A stretch of 32,000 nt of DNA from Candidatus Westeberhardia cardiocondylae (GTDB lineage: Bacteria > Pseudomonadota > Gammaproteobacteria > Enterobacterales > Enterobacteriaceae): NCBI GenBank assembly GCA_024648765.1, contig JABYQC010000001.1:309000-340999 (forward strand). Direction: 5' to 3'. The notes beneath the pieces were generated by a model. It made no database searches, was not told where the DNA came from, and saw nothing but the letters and a program-made list of their open reading frames with translations. Shown piece by piece: positions 8,653 through 21,705 of the stretch. Each line of letters begins with the position of its first letter. Positions within the stretch are counted from its first letter, which is position 1. A program made the position numbers and the translations under genes.

Positions 8653-9496
8653 AATTAGTTTCCTTATTTAAAACATACAATATGATGAATACTATAATAT
8701 GGAGTATTTAAAATTATATAATATATTCTTATAAATATGTTAAATATAAATTTTTTCTACAATATTTACAATTCAACAATAATATATTAATTGACTATTA
8801 ATATTAGCCAATATTACATAAAAATTTTTACAAATATTATACTTTAAATAATTTAAAAATTATTAATATATTGATATATTTTGAATACATACTTATTATA
8901 GCATTGTATATAAAATAAAACACAAAATTTTGTCAATTAATATAATATTGCAAATAGTATACAATATTTTACATAACATTATGTATTATTTTCATTTATA
9001 TAATTTGATATATAATATATTCCATTGAAGAAATTTTTAAATAAACATTACACATAAAATTATTCTCCTATATTTTATACCGACTACTCATATTATATAA
9101 TAACATATTGAATATTTAATATTTAATTGAAAATGAAAATTGAAATAAAAATTTGACAAATATAAATAAATTATAAAAATTTTAAATTTATACAAATAAT
9201 ATTTATCGTGCTTTATAATATACATGATAACATAAACATATCACACGATGTATTTTACTAATGTAATTATTACGTAACATTATTGTTGATTTTGCTAAAT
9301 ACTACATAATATTATTTATATTAAATAAACATAACTGATGTTTTAATAACTTTGATATACCATAAAAATTTCAAATATTAAAAAATATGTTATAGCAAAA
9401 TTTAACAAATTATATATATTTGCGCAATTTTGACAATACAAAACATTACAATACTAAATTATTTTAATTAATCAAATTTCTATACACATTCATACT

Positions 9497-10606
9497 ATGA
9501 AATTCAGTATTATAAGAGAACATTTATTAAAATCTTTACAAAAGATCAGCAGTTCATTTTTTCATCATTCTACTATACCTATTTTAAATTATTTGTTATT
9601 AAAAATAAAAAAAAATTATTTACTAATAATTGGAGCAAACTTTGAAACAGAAATTATTATAAAAATTGAGTTACATGGGGATTACGAAGAAGGTAGTATG
9701 ACAGTTCCATCAAAGAAATTTTTTGATATTTTTCGTACTTTACCAAAAGAATCAAACGTTTTTATAAGTGTAAAAAATGAAAAAATTTTAATAAAATTAC
9801 CAAATAGTATTTTTTCTCTTGCCACTCTTCCTCCTTCTGATTTTCCTAGAACAATTATAGAAAAAAAATCAACGAAAATTGTATTTCCAACAGCAAAATA
9901 TATAAAAGAATTAATTGAATACACTCAATTTTCTATGGCAAATCAAGATATTCGTCATTATTTGAATGGTATGCTGTTGGAAATTACAAACACTCAAATT
10001 AGATCTGTGACAACTGATGGACATCGATTATCGATTTGCACAATATTACATGATACTCAATATATAAATTCACTTAACATTATTATACCAAGAAAAGGAA
10101 TAACAGAATTGTTGCGTATTTTAAAGCATGATCAAAATAAACCAATTGAATTACATATTGGAGAAAACAATATACGGATAATAACATTAAATTGTATATT
10201 TACCACAAAACTTATTGATGGAATTTTCCCAGAATATAAAAATATTTTACCAAAAAATAATCATATAAATTTTTGTATAAATTTAATAAGTCTTAAAAAT
10301 GCTATAAAACGTGTATCTATTTTATCACATGAAAAGCTTTACGGAATTAGAATGTATTTATTTAATAATTCTTTAAAAATTACATCAAATAATTTAAATC
10401 AAGATGAAGCAGAAGAAACTTTAAAAATTTTATATTTCAACAAAAATATAGAAATTTGTTTAAATTCTCGTTACATTTTAGATATTTTGAATGTGTTAAA
10501 ATGCGAAACAATTAAAATATCTTTGAAAGATTCAAATTCTAGTATAAAAATTGAAGATACAGAAAATAAAAAATTATTTTATATTGTTATGCCGATGAAA
10601 TTATAA
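9497..10606 (+). CDS. dnaN: DNA polymerase III beta sliding clamp
   Basis: 369-aa ORF (E. coli DnaN is 366 aa). It starts MKFSIIREHLLKSLQKISS and contains the TTDGHRLS and LIDGIFPEYKNILP blocks and the C-terminal YIVMPMKL. It lies upstream of gyrB, as in dnaA-dnaN-recF-gyrB. Confidence 0.94.
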   Translation: MKFSIIREHLLKSLQKISSSFFHHSTIPILNYLLLKIKKNYLLIIGANFETEIIIKIELHGDYEEGSMTVPSKKFFDIFRTLPKESNVFISVKNEKILIKLPNSIFSLATLPPSDFPRTIIEKKSTKIVFPTAKYIKELIEYTQFSMANQDIRHYLNGMLLEITNTQIRSVTTDGHRLSICTILHDTQYINSLNIIIPRKGITELLRILKHDQNKPIELHIGENNIRIITLNCIFTTKLIDGIFPEYKNILPKNNHINFCINLISLKNAIKRVSILSHEKLYGIRMYLFNNSLKITSNNLNQDEAEETLKILYFNKNIEICLNSRYILDILNVLKCETIKISLKDSNSSIKIEDTENKKLFYIVMPMKL

Positions 10607-11071
10607 ATTAATAATTAAATTCAATAAGTATTAAAAAAAATTTACAAAATTTTTCCTATAAAATATGTATTATATTATACAATATATTATAAAAGAAAAA
10701 TTATTTATCATTGATGAAATGTATATATTTTGTACATATTAACACGCAAAACATTATATGATGTATTTGATAAATATTGATTTTACACAATTTATGAAAA
10801 AATAATATAATTTTTATAAAATCATACACAAATATTTATCAATAAAATATTATAATACATTATTACAGCAATCTATGTACTAAAATGTATCCAAATACGA
10901 AATTTTTTCAAATAAAGTATTTAACTTTTAATATTAATAGTGGTATTACATTATAAAATTCTTGAATTTTAGAAAACATATACTAAACATAATATAAAAT
11001 TATCAAAAGAATTTAAATAATATCAAATATACTATTTATATTAATTAGCTGCATGTTACAATAAATATTAA

Positions 11072-13522
<2,451 letters not shown>

Positions 13523-14328
13523 TAAATACAGAATTCATAAAATTTATCAATATTTTTATATATTGAAATAAAAAATAAATTAATTATATCGATATTAATA
13601 AAACACACAATAAAAACAAAAATAACAAATATATTTTTTCGCAATTTTATAAAAATATTAACAAAAAATATATATTATAAAAATAAAAATATTAAATATA
13701 TAAAATTATAATACATAAAACGCTAAATAATATTTAACATGAAACATTATATTTAAATATTACATAGTATATATCATGTAATATTTCTATACAATAAAAA
13801 AACATTATGCAATATATTAAATATACACATAATATATATATTATATATTGAATATAAAATATTTCCATAAAATACATAATAAATCAAAATATTCAAAAAT
13901 TTTTCAATATATTTCATAATGAATATACATAATTGATTGTAGAAATAATAAAATTTTACATTTATAACAATGAGATTTGTAAAATAGTTACATGATATAA
14001 TACTTTTGCGATACATAAGAATACAAAAATTGGGAATACATTTTATCATATAAAAATAATATATATATTAAATATTACAAATATAATATTTATAAAATAT
14101 TTTCATAAAAAATCAGTAAATTATTCAGTAAATATAATATCTAAAGAATTCCTGACATACATTTATAATATTTTACAATTTTATTATTTAAAATATTTAC
14201 ATGACTACACAAACAATATTTATGTAAATATACAATTGCAAGAAAATCATAAAAATTATTCGTAATAAAAACATAACTGAAAATTCATTACAATATTTTA
14301 TATTTATCATTATCAGGAAATAATTACT

Positions 14329-15867
14329 ATGAATTTATTAAAATCATTAATGACAATTAGCTTTGTAACCTTTTTTTCAAGAATTTTAGGATTCATTCGA
14401 GATGCTATCATTGCAAAAACATTTGGTGCAGGTATAGCAACTGATGCTTTTTTTATCGCATTTAAATTACCAAATCTATTACGAAGAATTTTTTCTGATG
14501 GAATATTTTCACAAATATTTATACCTATTTTAGAAGAACATAAAAATAAAAAAAAAGTAAATTCTATAAAAACTTTAATATCTTGCACTACAGGATTATT
14601 TATTTTGATATTAATTATTACAGCAATTATAGGAATCATAATTGCTCCATGGATTGTAATAATTATTGCTCCAGGATTTCTTGATATACCTGAAAAATTT
14701 ACCTTAACAATAAAATTGTTACGACTTACTTTTCCATATATTATATTAATTTCATTAGCATCATTAGCTACTGCAGTTCTGAATACATGGAATCGTTTTT
14801 TAATACCAGCATTTTCGCCAACACTACTAAATATTAGTATTATAAGTTTTGCAACATTCGGAACTTCTTTTTTTAATCCACCAATCATAGCGTTAGCATG
14901 GTCAGTAATTGTTGGTGGATTTTTACAAATAGGTTATCAATTACCAGAGTTAAAAAAAATAAAAATGCTAGTATTACCTAGTTTACAATTTCAAAATAAT
15001 GAAATATGGAAAATGTTAAAATCCATAGGTCCTGCAATTATCTGTGTATCTATTAATCAAATATCCAACATTATTAATACAATTTTTTCTTCTTATTTAA
15101 CATCTGGGTCTATATCTTGGATATATTATGCGGATCGTTTAATGGAAATACCATCCGGATTACATGGAATTGCATTAAGTAATATTTTATTATCTGTATT
15201 ATCTAGAAATTATTGCTGTGGAAATTATATAGAATATTCCCGATTATTAGATTGGGGTTTACGTATATGTTTTATACTTGGATTTCCTAGCGCAATAATT
15301 CTTGGAATACTAGCACATCCATTAATAGTGACATTATTTCAATATGGACAGTTTTCATCATTTGATACACTCATGACAAAACAAGCACTGATTAGTTATT
15401 CTATAGGTGTGATAGGATTTTTGGGGGTAAAAGTATTAAGTCCAGCTTTTTATTCAAGAAAGGATTTAAAAACTCCAATACATATGGCAATTATCACTGT
15501 AATTATAACACAATTAATCAATGTAGCATGTATAAACACACTGAAACATATAAGTTTATCTTTATCTATTAGTTTAGGAGCTTGTATAAACTTTATATTA
15601 TTATATTGGCAATTAAGAAAAAAAAAAATTTTCCAACCCCAGCCTGGATGGTTAAATTTTATAATACGTTTATTAATTGCATCAACAACCATGACATTAA
15701 TATTATTAGGTATGTTACAAATTATGCCAGATTGGGAAACAGGAAACATGATTCACAGACTATGTCGTTTAATTAGTGTAATTTTTATTGGAATATTTTC
15801 TTATCTTATAGTTCTTTGGATTATTGGTATTTCTTTAAAATATCTTTCGTATTTTATAAACGATTAA
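14329..15867 (+). CDS. murJ: Lipid II flippase MurJ (MviN)
   Basis: 512-aa polytopic ORF. The N-terminus MNLLKSLMTISFVTFFSRILGFIRDAIIAKTFGAGIATDAFFIAFKLPNLLRRIF is close to E. coli MurJ. Collinearity runs through YYADRLMEIPSG and LLYWQLRKKKIFQPQPGW. Confidence 0.94.
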   Translation: MNLLKSLMTISFVTFFSRILGFIRDAIIAKTFGAGIATDAFFIAFKLPNLLRRIFSDGIFSQIFIPILEEHKNKKKVNSIKTLISCTTGLFILILIITAIIGIIIAPWIVIIIAPGFLDIPEKFTLTIKLLRLTFPYIILISLASLATAVLNTWNRFLIPAFSPTLLNISIISFATFGTSFFNPPIIALAWSVIVGGFLQIGYQLPELKKIKMLVLPSLQFQNNEIWKMLKSIGPAIICVSINQISNIINTIFSSYLTSGSISWIYYADRLMEIPSGLHGIALSNILLSVLSRNYCCGNYIEYSRLLDWGLRICFILGFPSAIILGILAHPLIVTLFQYGQFSSFDTLMTKQALISYSIGVIGFLGVKVLSPAFYSRKDLKTPIHMAIITVIITQLINVACINTLKHISLSLSISLGACINFILLYWQLRKKKIFQPQPGWLNFIIRLLIASTTMTLILLGMLQIMPDWETGNMIHRLCRLISVIFIGIFSYLIVLWIIGISLKYLSYFIND

Positions 15868-15892
15868 TTATAAATAAATATACATCACAATA

Positions 15893-17626
15893 TTACATTT
15901 TGTCGATTACTTCAATACCTAGTAAATTTAATCCAGTTTTTAAAGTTTTAGAAATTAATAACAATAACAAAATACGAGTTTTTCGTACATCATCATTTTT
16001 AACATGTAAAACAGGAGAATTTTCATAAAATATAGAAAATAATACTGATAATTCATATAAATAATTGCACAAAACATGCGGAATTCCTTCGCGGAAAACC
16101 ATACAAATGACTTCTTCAAATTTTAACAAATGTATAGCCAATTGCAGTTCTTGTTTTGTTTTTAAAATAACCTGCAAAAATGTAAAAGATTGATATTTTT
16201 GAGAATATTTTTGCAATATAGACACAATTCTTGTATAAGAATATTGTATATACAAAGCAGTATTACCATTAAAATTTAAAATTTTATCCCAATCAAAAAC
16301 ATAATTAATAGTTCTATTTTTAGATAATTCATAATATTTAACAGCACCAATAGCAATAATCTTAGACAATACCGTAACTTCTTTTTTGGATAAATTTAAT
16401 CTCCTACTTAATATTAATTTTTTAGCACGTTTTACTGCTTCTTGTAATAAAAAAATTAACTTTATGGTACTTCCAGAACGAGTTTTAAAAGGTTTTCCGT
16501 CTTTGCCAAAAATCATTCCAAATACATGATGCTCTAATGAAACAGAATTTGGCACATAACCAGCTTGACGAGCAATTTCCCAAATTTGGGTTAAATATTG
16601 TGTTTGACGAAAATCAATATAATATACAATACGGTCTGCTTTAAGCACATCACATCGATATTTAACAGCAGCAATATCTGTGCTACTATATAAATAAGCT
16701 CCGTTTTTTTTACGAATAACAACACCCATAGATTTTCCCTGTTTATTCTTAAACATATCTAGAAAAACTATAATAGTTCCATGATTATCAAACGCTAATC
16801 CCTTTTTTTGCAAATCTTGCACAATATGTGGTAACATATCATTATATGCGCTTTCTCCAACAGTATCAGATTTTTTTAATGTAATATTTAAAAAATTATA
16901 AATTTTTTGATTTTCTAAAATACTTAAATGTACTAAATGTTTCCAAATTGAACGACAACGCAAATCTCCTTGTTGTAATTTTACAACACAACGATTGACA
17001 AATTTAGCAAAAAATAAATCTTTTTTATATTTTTTCCTCGCAAGATGATAATATATTTCCAAATGTGTCCATGTTATATTAAGAATATTGATTTTCATAT
17101 CTTGTAAATATGCAATGAGCATACCAAATTGTAAACCCCAATCACCTATATGATTTAATCGAATAACATTATGTCCTAAAAATTCAGATATACGAACAAA
17201 TGCATCTCCTATAATTGTTGATCGCATATGTCCAACATGCATTCTTTTTGCAATATTTGGAGAAGAATAATCAACAATAATTGTTTTTTTTTCACAAACT
17301 AAAACTCCTAAACGAGAAGAATGCAAAATATTAATAAGATTTTTAGATAACCATGAGGAACGTAAAAAAATATTAATAAATCCCGGAGGAACCACTTGAA
17401 TTTTTGATGCTACTTCTTGTAAATTTACAACTTCGACTGTTTTTTTAGCTAATATTAATGAAGATATTCCAAGATTATTTGCAATATTCATCATTCCAGA
17501 AATTTGATAATCACCAAATTTTGATTTCAGCGAAGAACGTATTTTCAAATTTGTATTAATCGATGAATTTGTTACAATAAATAAAGCGCGATAAAATTCT
17601 TTTGATAAAATATTACGGATGTTCAT
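15893..17626 (-). CDS. argS: Arginine--tRNA ligase
   Basis: 577-aa ORF, the same length as E. coli ArgRS. It contains N-terminal MNI...FGDYQ..GMM, PGFINIFL, the class I HIGH-type motif (SPNIAKRMHVGHMRST) and a C-terminal anticodon-binding domain ending in M. Confidence 0.95.
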   Translation of the reverse strand: MNIRNILSKEFYRALFIVTNSSINTNLKIRSSLKSKFGDYQISGMMNIANNLGISSLILAKKTVEVVNLQEVASKIQVVPPGFINIFLRSSWLSKNLINILHSSRLGVLVCEKKTIIVDYSSPNIAKRMHVGHMRSTIIGDAFVRISEFLGHNVIRLNHIGDWGLQFGMLIAYLQDMKINILNITWTHLEIYYHLARKKYKKDLFFAKFVNRCVVKLQQGDLRCRSIWKHLVHLSILENQKIYNFLNITLKKSDTVGESAYNDMLPHIVQDLQKKGLAFDNHGTIIVFLDMFKNKQGKSMGVVIRKKNGAYLYSSTDIAAVKYRCDVLKADRIVYYIDFRQTQYLTQIWEIARQAGYVPNSVSLEHHVFGMIFGKDGKPFKTRSGSTIKLIFLLQEAVKRAKKLILSRRLNLSKKEVTVLSKIIAIGAVKYYELSKNRTINYVFDWDKILNFNGNTALYIQYSYTRIVSILQKYSQKYQSFTFLQVILKTKQELQLAIHLLKFEEVICMVFREGIPHVLCNYLYELSVLFSIFYENSPVLHVKNDDVRKTRILLLLLISKTLKTGLNLLGIEVIDKM

Positions 17627-18586
17627 ATAAAATATTTTAAATTATGTACAATATAAAAAATATAAAATATACATTATGAATGGATACGATAAATTTATTA
17701 CAATATAATATTTGTATAAAAGATAACATAAAATATATAAAATTATATTATAAAGTTTCATATTATGTATTATATAATATAAAATATAATCAAATTTATT
17801 TATAGAAATCATGTAAAATATATTTTATTTAAATATTACATAAAATATATTTTTATAAATAAAATTTGATAATATTTTAACTAATAAATATAACAAAATA
17901 TTTTATATAATCATATATACCGAACATTTAATAAAACTATATTTTAATATTATTTAGAATATACAGTAAAATTAGCAATCTTTATATAATAATGTAAAAA
18001 ATTATTTTATAATTAATATTTATCAAAATATTTTAGATAAAAGAATATATTAAATTTAATATTCTACAAAATTTTTTGTGACTTATATATGATATTGTAA
18101 CATTTACTATTTTCAAATAATATCATATATTATAAATATTTCTTACAAATTCGAATAATAATATCCATTAATATTATAGAATTATTTTATTTGTTTAAAT
18201 ATTAAATTAATTTAAAAGTTTTTATTTTTAAAAAATATATTGTGTATTTTGCAAATTATACTATTATAACTGCAATAATGTAAAAATTAAAAAATAAAAC
18301 ACATAATTGTAAAATATCATATTAACAATAATTTCACAATGTTATCATAAAATACATAAAAAATAATATAACACAATATTAAAAAAATTTATGCAAATAT
18401 TAAATAGAAAAATTCATGAAAATTTTTAAAAAATCAACAAATATCAAATATAAAAATTACATAACTAAAAACATTATATGAAAATTCCAAAATGTGCAAA
18501 TATATTTTAAATCTATTGAAATATATCATATTTTACATAAAAATTTTCTACTACATATTAAATAAAAAATATTATAATATACTCCT

Positions 18587-20293
18587 ATGCGTACTATATA
18601 TTGCGGGCAATTAAACACATTGCATATTAATCAAAATGTTACCTTATATGGATGGGTAAATAACTTGCGTAATTTAGGTAATGTTATTTTTATTGAAATA
18701 AGAGATTGGTATGGACCAATACAAATATTATTTAACGCAAATAATAAAAAAACTTTTCTTAAAGCTTCTAAAATACGACATGAATTTTGTGTAAAGATTA
18801 AGGGAATAGTACATGCTAGGCCAAAAAATCAAATAAACCAAAATGTATCTACTGGTTCTATAGAAATATTAGCTACACATGTTACTATTATTAATAAATC
18901 AGAACCATTACCAATTGATAATAATACAAAAAATATTGAAGAACAAAGATTAAAATTTCGTTATTTAGATCTACGACACCCTGTAATGATACAAAGATTA
19001 CAAACAAGAGCAAAAATTAATACTACTATTCGAAATTTCATGAATTCACATAAATTTTTAGAAATAGAAACACCAATATTAAGCAAAACAACCCTGGAAG
19101 GTGCTAAAAGTTACCTAGTTCCAAGCAGTAAACAAAAAGGAAAATTTTTTTCTTTACCGCAATCACCTCAAATATTTAAACAATTGCTTATGATTGCAGG
19201 ATTTGATCGATATTATCAAATTACAAAATGTTTTCGAGATGAAGATTCTCGTTCTGATAGACAACCAGAATTTACACAAGTTGACTTAGAAATCTCTTTT
19301 ACTACAGCAAAAAAAGTTAGAGCAATAGCAGAAAAATTAATATGCAAAATTTGGAATACAATTCTTGGAGTAAAACTCAAAAAATTTCCACAAATAACCT
19401 ATAAAGATTCTATAAAAAGATTTAATTCTGATAAACCAGATTTACGTAATCCAATAGAATTCTTTGAAATAACAGATCTCATGCAAAATTACATATTACC
19501 AATATTCACACCAAAAAAAAAAATAATTTCTATACGTTTACCTAATTGCAAAAATTTTAATCAAAAAATATTAAAAAAATATGATAAATATATTACATAC
19601 TATCAAATAAAACAAACAATATTATGGCTCAAAATTCAACAAAAAAAAAATAATGAATATAAAACATATAGTTCAGCAAAAAATTTCTTCGATAAAAGAA
19701 CTATTCATAATATTATTCAAAGAAATCAGGCAAAAATTGGAGATATTCTTGTATTTATAATATTCGATGATAATAAAGATAACATTAAATCCTTGGGAAA
19801 AATAAGAGAAAAACTAGGAAAAAATTTAAAATATATTAATGAAAAAGATTGGGCACCATTATGGATAATAGATTTTCCTATGTTCAAGAAAAACAATAAT
19901 GAAATAGTTTCTATGCATCATCCTTTCACTGCACCGAAAAAATTACAAAGCATAAAAAATCTTATACATCATCCATTATCTGTTATTGGAGATTCTTATG
20001 ACATGATAATTAATGGATATGAAATAGGTAGTGGATCAGTGCGTATTCACAAAAACAAAATTCAAAAAATAATTTTTGATATTTTAAATATTAATAAAAA
20101 AAAACAACAAGAAACATTTCAATTTTTTTTAGATGCACTGAAATATGGTACGCCACCGCATGCAGGTTTGGCATTTGGTTTAGATCGTATAGTTATGTTA
20201 TTAACCAGTACTCATAATATAAGAAATGTTATTGCGTTTCCTAAAACAACCTCCGGCATTGATCTTATGACAAAATCTCCAAATTCTTTATAA
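18587..20293 (+). CDS. aspS: Aspartate--tRNA ligase
   Basis: 568-aa ORF. It starts MRTIYCGQL...[23 protein letters not shown] (OB-fold N-domain) and carries class II motifs ([44 protein letters not shown]; [19 protein letters not shown]). It is about 20 aa shorter than E. coli AspRS. Confidence 0.95.
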   Translation: MRTIYCGQLNTLHINQNVTLYGWVNNLRNLGNVIFIEIRDWYGPIQILFNANNKKTFLKASKIRHEFCVKIKGIVHARPKNQINQNVSTGSIEILATHVTIINKSEPLPIDNNTKNIEEQRLKFRYLDLRHPVMIQRLQTRAKINTTIRNFMNSHKFLEIETPILSKTTLEGAKSYLVPSSKQKGKFFSLPQSPQIFKQLLMIAGFDRYYQITKCFRDEDSRSDRQPEFTQVDLEISFTTAKKVRAIAEKLICKIWNTILGVKLKKFPQITYKDSIKRFNSDKPDLRNPIEFFEITDLMQNYILPIFTPKKKIISIRLPNCKNFNQKILKKYDKYITYYQIKQTILWLKIQQKKNNEYKTYSSAKNFFDKRTIHNIIQRNQAKIGDILVFIIFDDNKDNIKSLGKIREKLGKNLKYINEKDWAPLWIIDFPMFKKNNNEIVSMHHPFTAPKKLQSIKNLIHHPLSVIGDSYDMIINGYEIGSGSVRIHKNKIQKIIFDILNINKKKQQETFQFFLDALKYGTPPHAGLAFGLDRIVMLLTSTHNIRNVIAFPKTTSGIDLMTKSPNSL

Positions 20294-20511
20294 AGCTTGT
20301 ATAATATTTATAATAAATGTGTATACTATTGATATTAATTATCTAATGTAAAATTATATAAAAAATTTTAAATCTATTATAAAATTATTCAAAGATTTTT
20401 TGTTATTGTAAAATAAATATATAATTTTGTAAGATTTATTATATTTGTATATAAATATTAAATACAAAATTTATATATCAACATATAAATATAAAAATTA
20501 TTGGAGAAAAC

Positions 20512-21237
20512 ATGGCTGGACATAATAAATGGTCCAAAATAAAACACAAAAAAATATTACAAGATAAAAAAAGGGGGGAAAAATTTACTAAAATTCTTAG
20601 AAAATTAAAAACAACTTATATGTTATCCAAAATAAATGAAAATTTTCATCCAAAATTACAGTCTTTAATACATCAAGCATTATCAAAAAATATTAAAAAA
20701 AATACATTGTATCGTGCAATGTATCATCAAAATAACAAAAACAAAATAATACAAATTCATTATGAAGGATATGGACCAGGAGGCATAGCAATCGTTGTAG
20801 AATGTTGTAGTACAAATCATATTCAAACTTTACAAAAAATACGATATACTTTTAAAAAATTTGGAGGAAAACTTAGTGCAAATGGCTCAGTAATGCATTT
20901 ATTTAAAAAAATAGGAATGATTAAGTTATCTTTCAAAAAAGTAAATGAAAATAACGAAGATGACGCAATTAAAATTGCTCTAAAAATTATGGCAGAAGAT
21001 ATAAAATTACATAAAAATGGAACATTTACAATTTATACCACAGAAAAAAATTTTGAAAAAACAAAAAACAAATTAAATACACTACAAATAAACTTTGTAT
21101 CATCTGCAATTATTATTATACCTGTTGTTTCGTTATATTTATCTCAAAAATATATATTAAAATCCATATCTTTAATTGAAGCCCTAAAAAATTTTCAAGA
21201 AGTAACAAACATATATCATAATGGAAAATTATGCTAA
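20512..21237 (+). CDS. yebC: YebC/TACO1-family protein (annotated as a probable transcriptional regulator; the family is also linked to translation)
   Basis: 241-aa ORF starting MAGHNKWSKIKHKK...KRGEKFTKILR, with YEGYGPGGIAIVVEC and C-terminal EVTNIYHNG. It is collinear with E. coli YebC. TGGAGA ends 5 nt before the ATG. It lies downstream of aspS, as in E. coli once nudB is removed. Confidence 0.9.
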   Translation: MAGHNKWSKIKHKKILQDKKRGEKFTKILRKLKTTYMLSKINENFHPKLQSLIHQALSKNIKKNTLYRAMYHQNNKNKIIQIHYEGYGPGGIAIVVECCSTNHIQTLQKIRYTFKKFGGKLSANGSVMHLFKKIGMIKLSFKKVNENNEDDAIKIALKIMAEDIKLHKNGTFTIYTTEKNFEKTKNKLNTLQINFVSSAIIIIPVVSLYLSQKYILKSISLIEALKNFQEVTNIYHNGKLC

Positions 21238-21705
21238 CTATTTCTTCGGAAAAAATCTATCCAATTCATATAAAAATAAAAAATTTACATCTATGACAAA
21301 AAAGATATCAAATGGATTTATTGTTTATTTATGGAATAATGAAAAAATTTCACATAAATATGAACATATTATATTCAAATACAATAAAACTTTGATATTT
21401 TTATTATCACAATGCACTTAAAATAAAAAATATATTCATAATTTTTTAAATTTATCTAAATATTGTAAAAAATAGATAATTTTACATTCAAGAATACACA
21501 CGAGTACATAAAAACAAAACTAATATACCGTATTGTCTTCACTTTTCATAATATATAAATTAAAATAACCCATTGCATAGTTAAAAATTCATTCCACAAT
21601 CACAAATAAACTCAAAAATCATATATAAACATAAGTATACAAAACATTTACAATATATTGTACAAAAATTTTTATATATAATTAATTCTTAAGGCTTTAT
21701 AGTAT

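Noticed and set aside
9126-9156. A run of TGAAAAT-like heptamers (ATTGAAAATGAAAATTGAAATAAAAATTTGA) in the rpmH/dnaN spacer, considered as an origin-unwinding or iteron-like element
   Set aside because: It has only about three imperfect units, is low-complexity A/T sequence, and has no accompanying initiator boxes. It is indistinguishable from background.
9430-9458. A possible promoter: TTGACA (9430-9435), a 16-nt spacer, then TACTAA, about 40 nt upstream of the dnaN ATG
   Set aside because: TTGACA and TATAAT-like hexamers are abundant in DNA this AT-rich; other TTGACA copies occur near 9153, 31355 and 31591. There is no way to separate signal from background without transcript 5' ends.
10698-10742. 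A Walker-B-like peptide KLFIIDE in the dnaN/gyrB spacer, considered as a possible recF relic
   Set aside because: It is made only of AT-rich codons that arise easily by chance. It lies too close to dnaN to match the position of the RecF Walker B, and a stop follows within 8 codons.
13774-14049. A 91-aa ORF in the gyrB/murJ spacer, plus similar ORFs at 25429-25629 and 21221-21421
   Set aside because: They are Ile/Asn/Tyr/Phe-rich low-complexity translations of AT-rich DNA. They have no SD, no motifs and no resemblance to the genes expected at these positions (for example RuvC after yebC).
14313-14888. A 191-aa ORF on the minus strand overlapping the 5' third of murJ
   Set aside because: It is fully antisense to a strongly conserved MurJ reading frame and has no recognisable motifs. 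I treat it as a chance antisense ORF.
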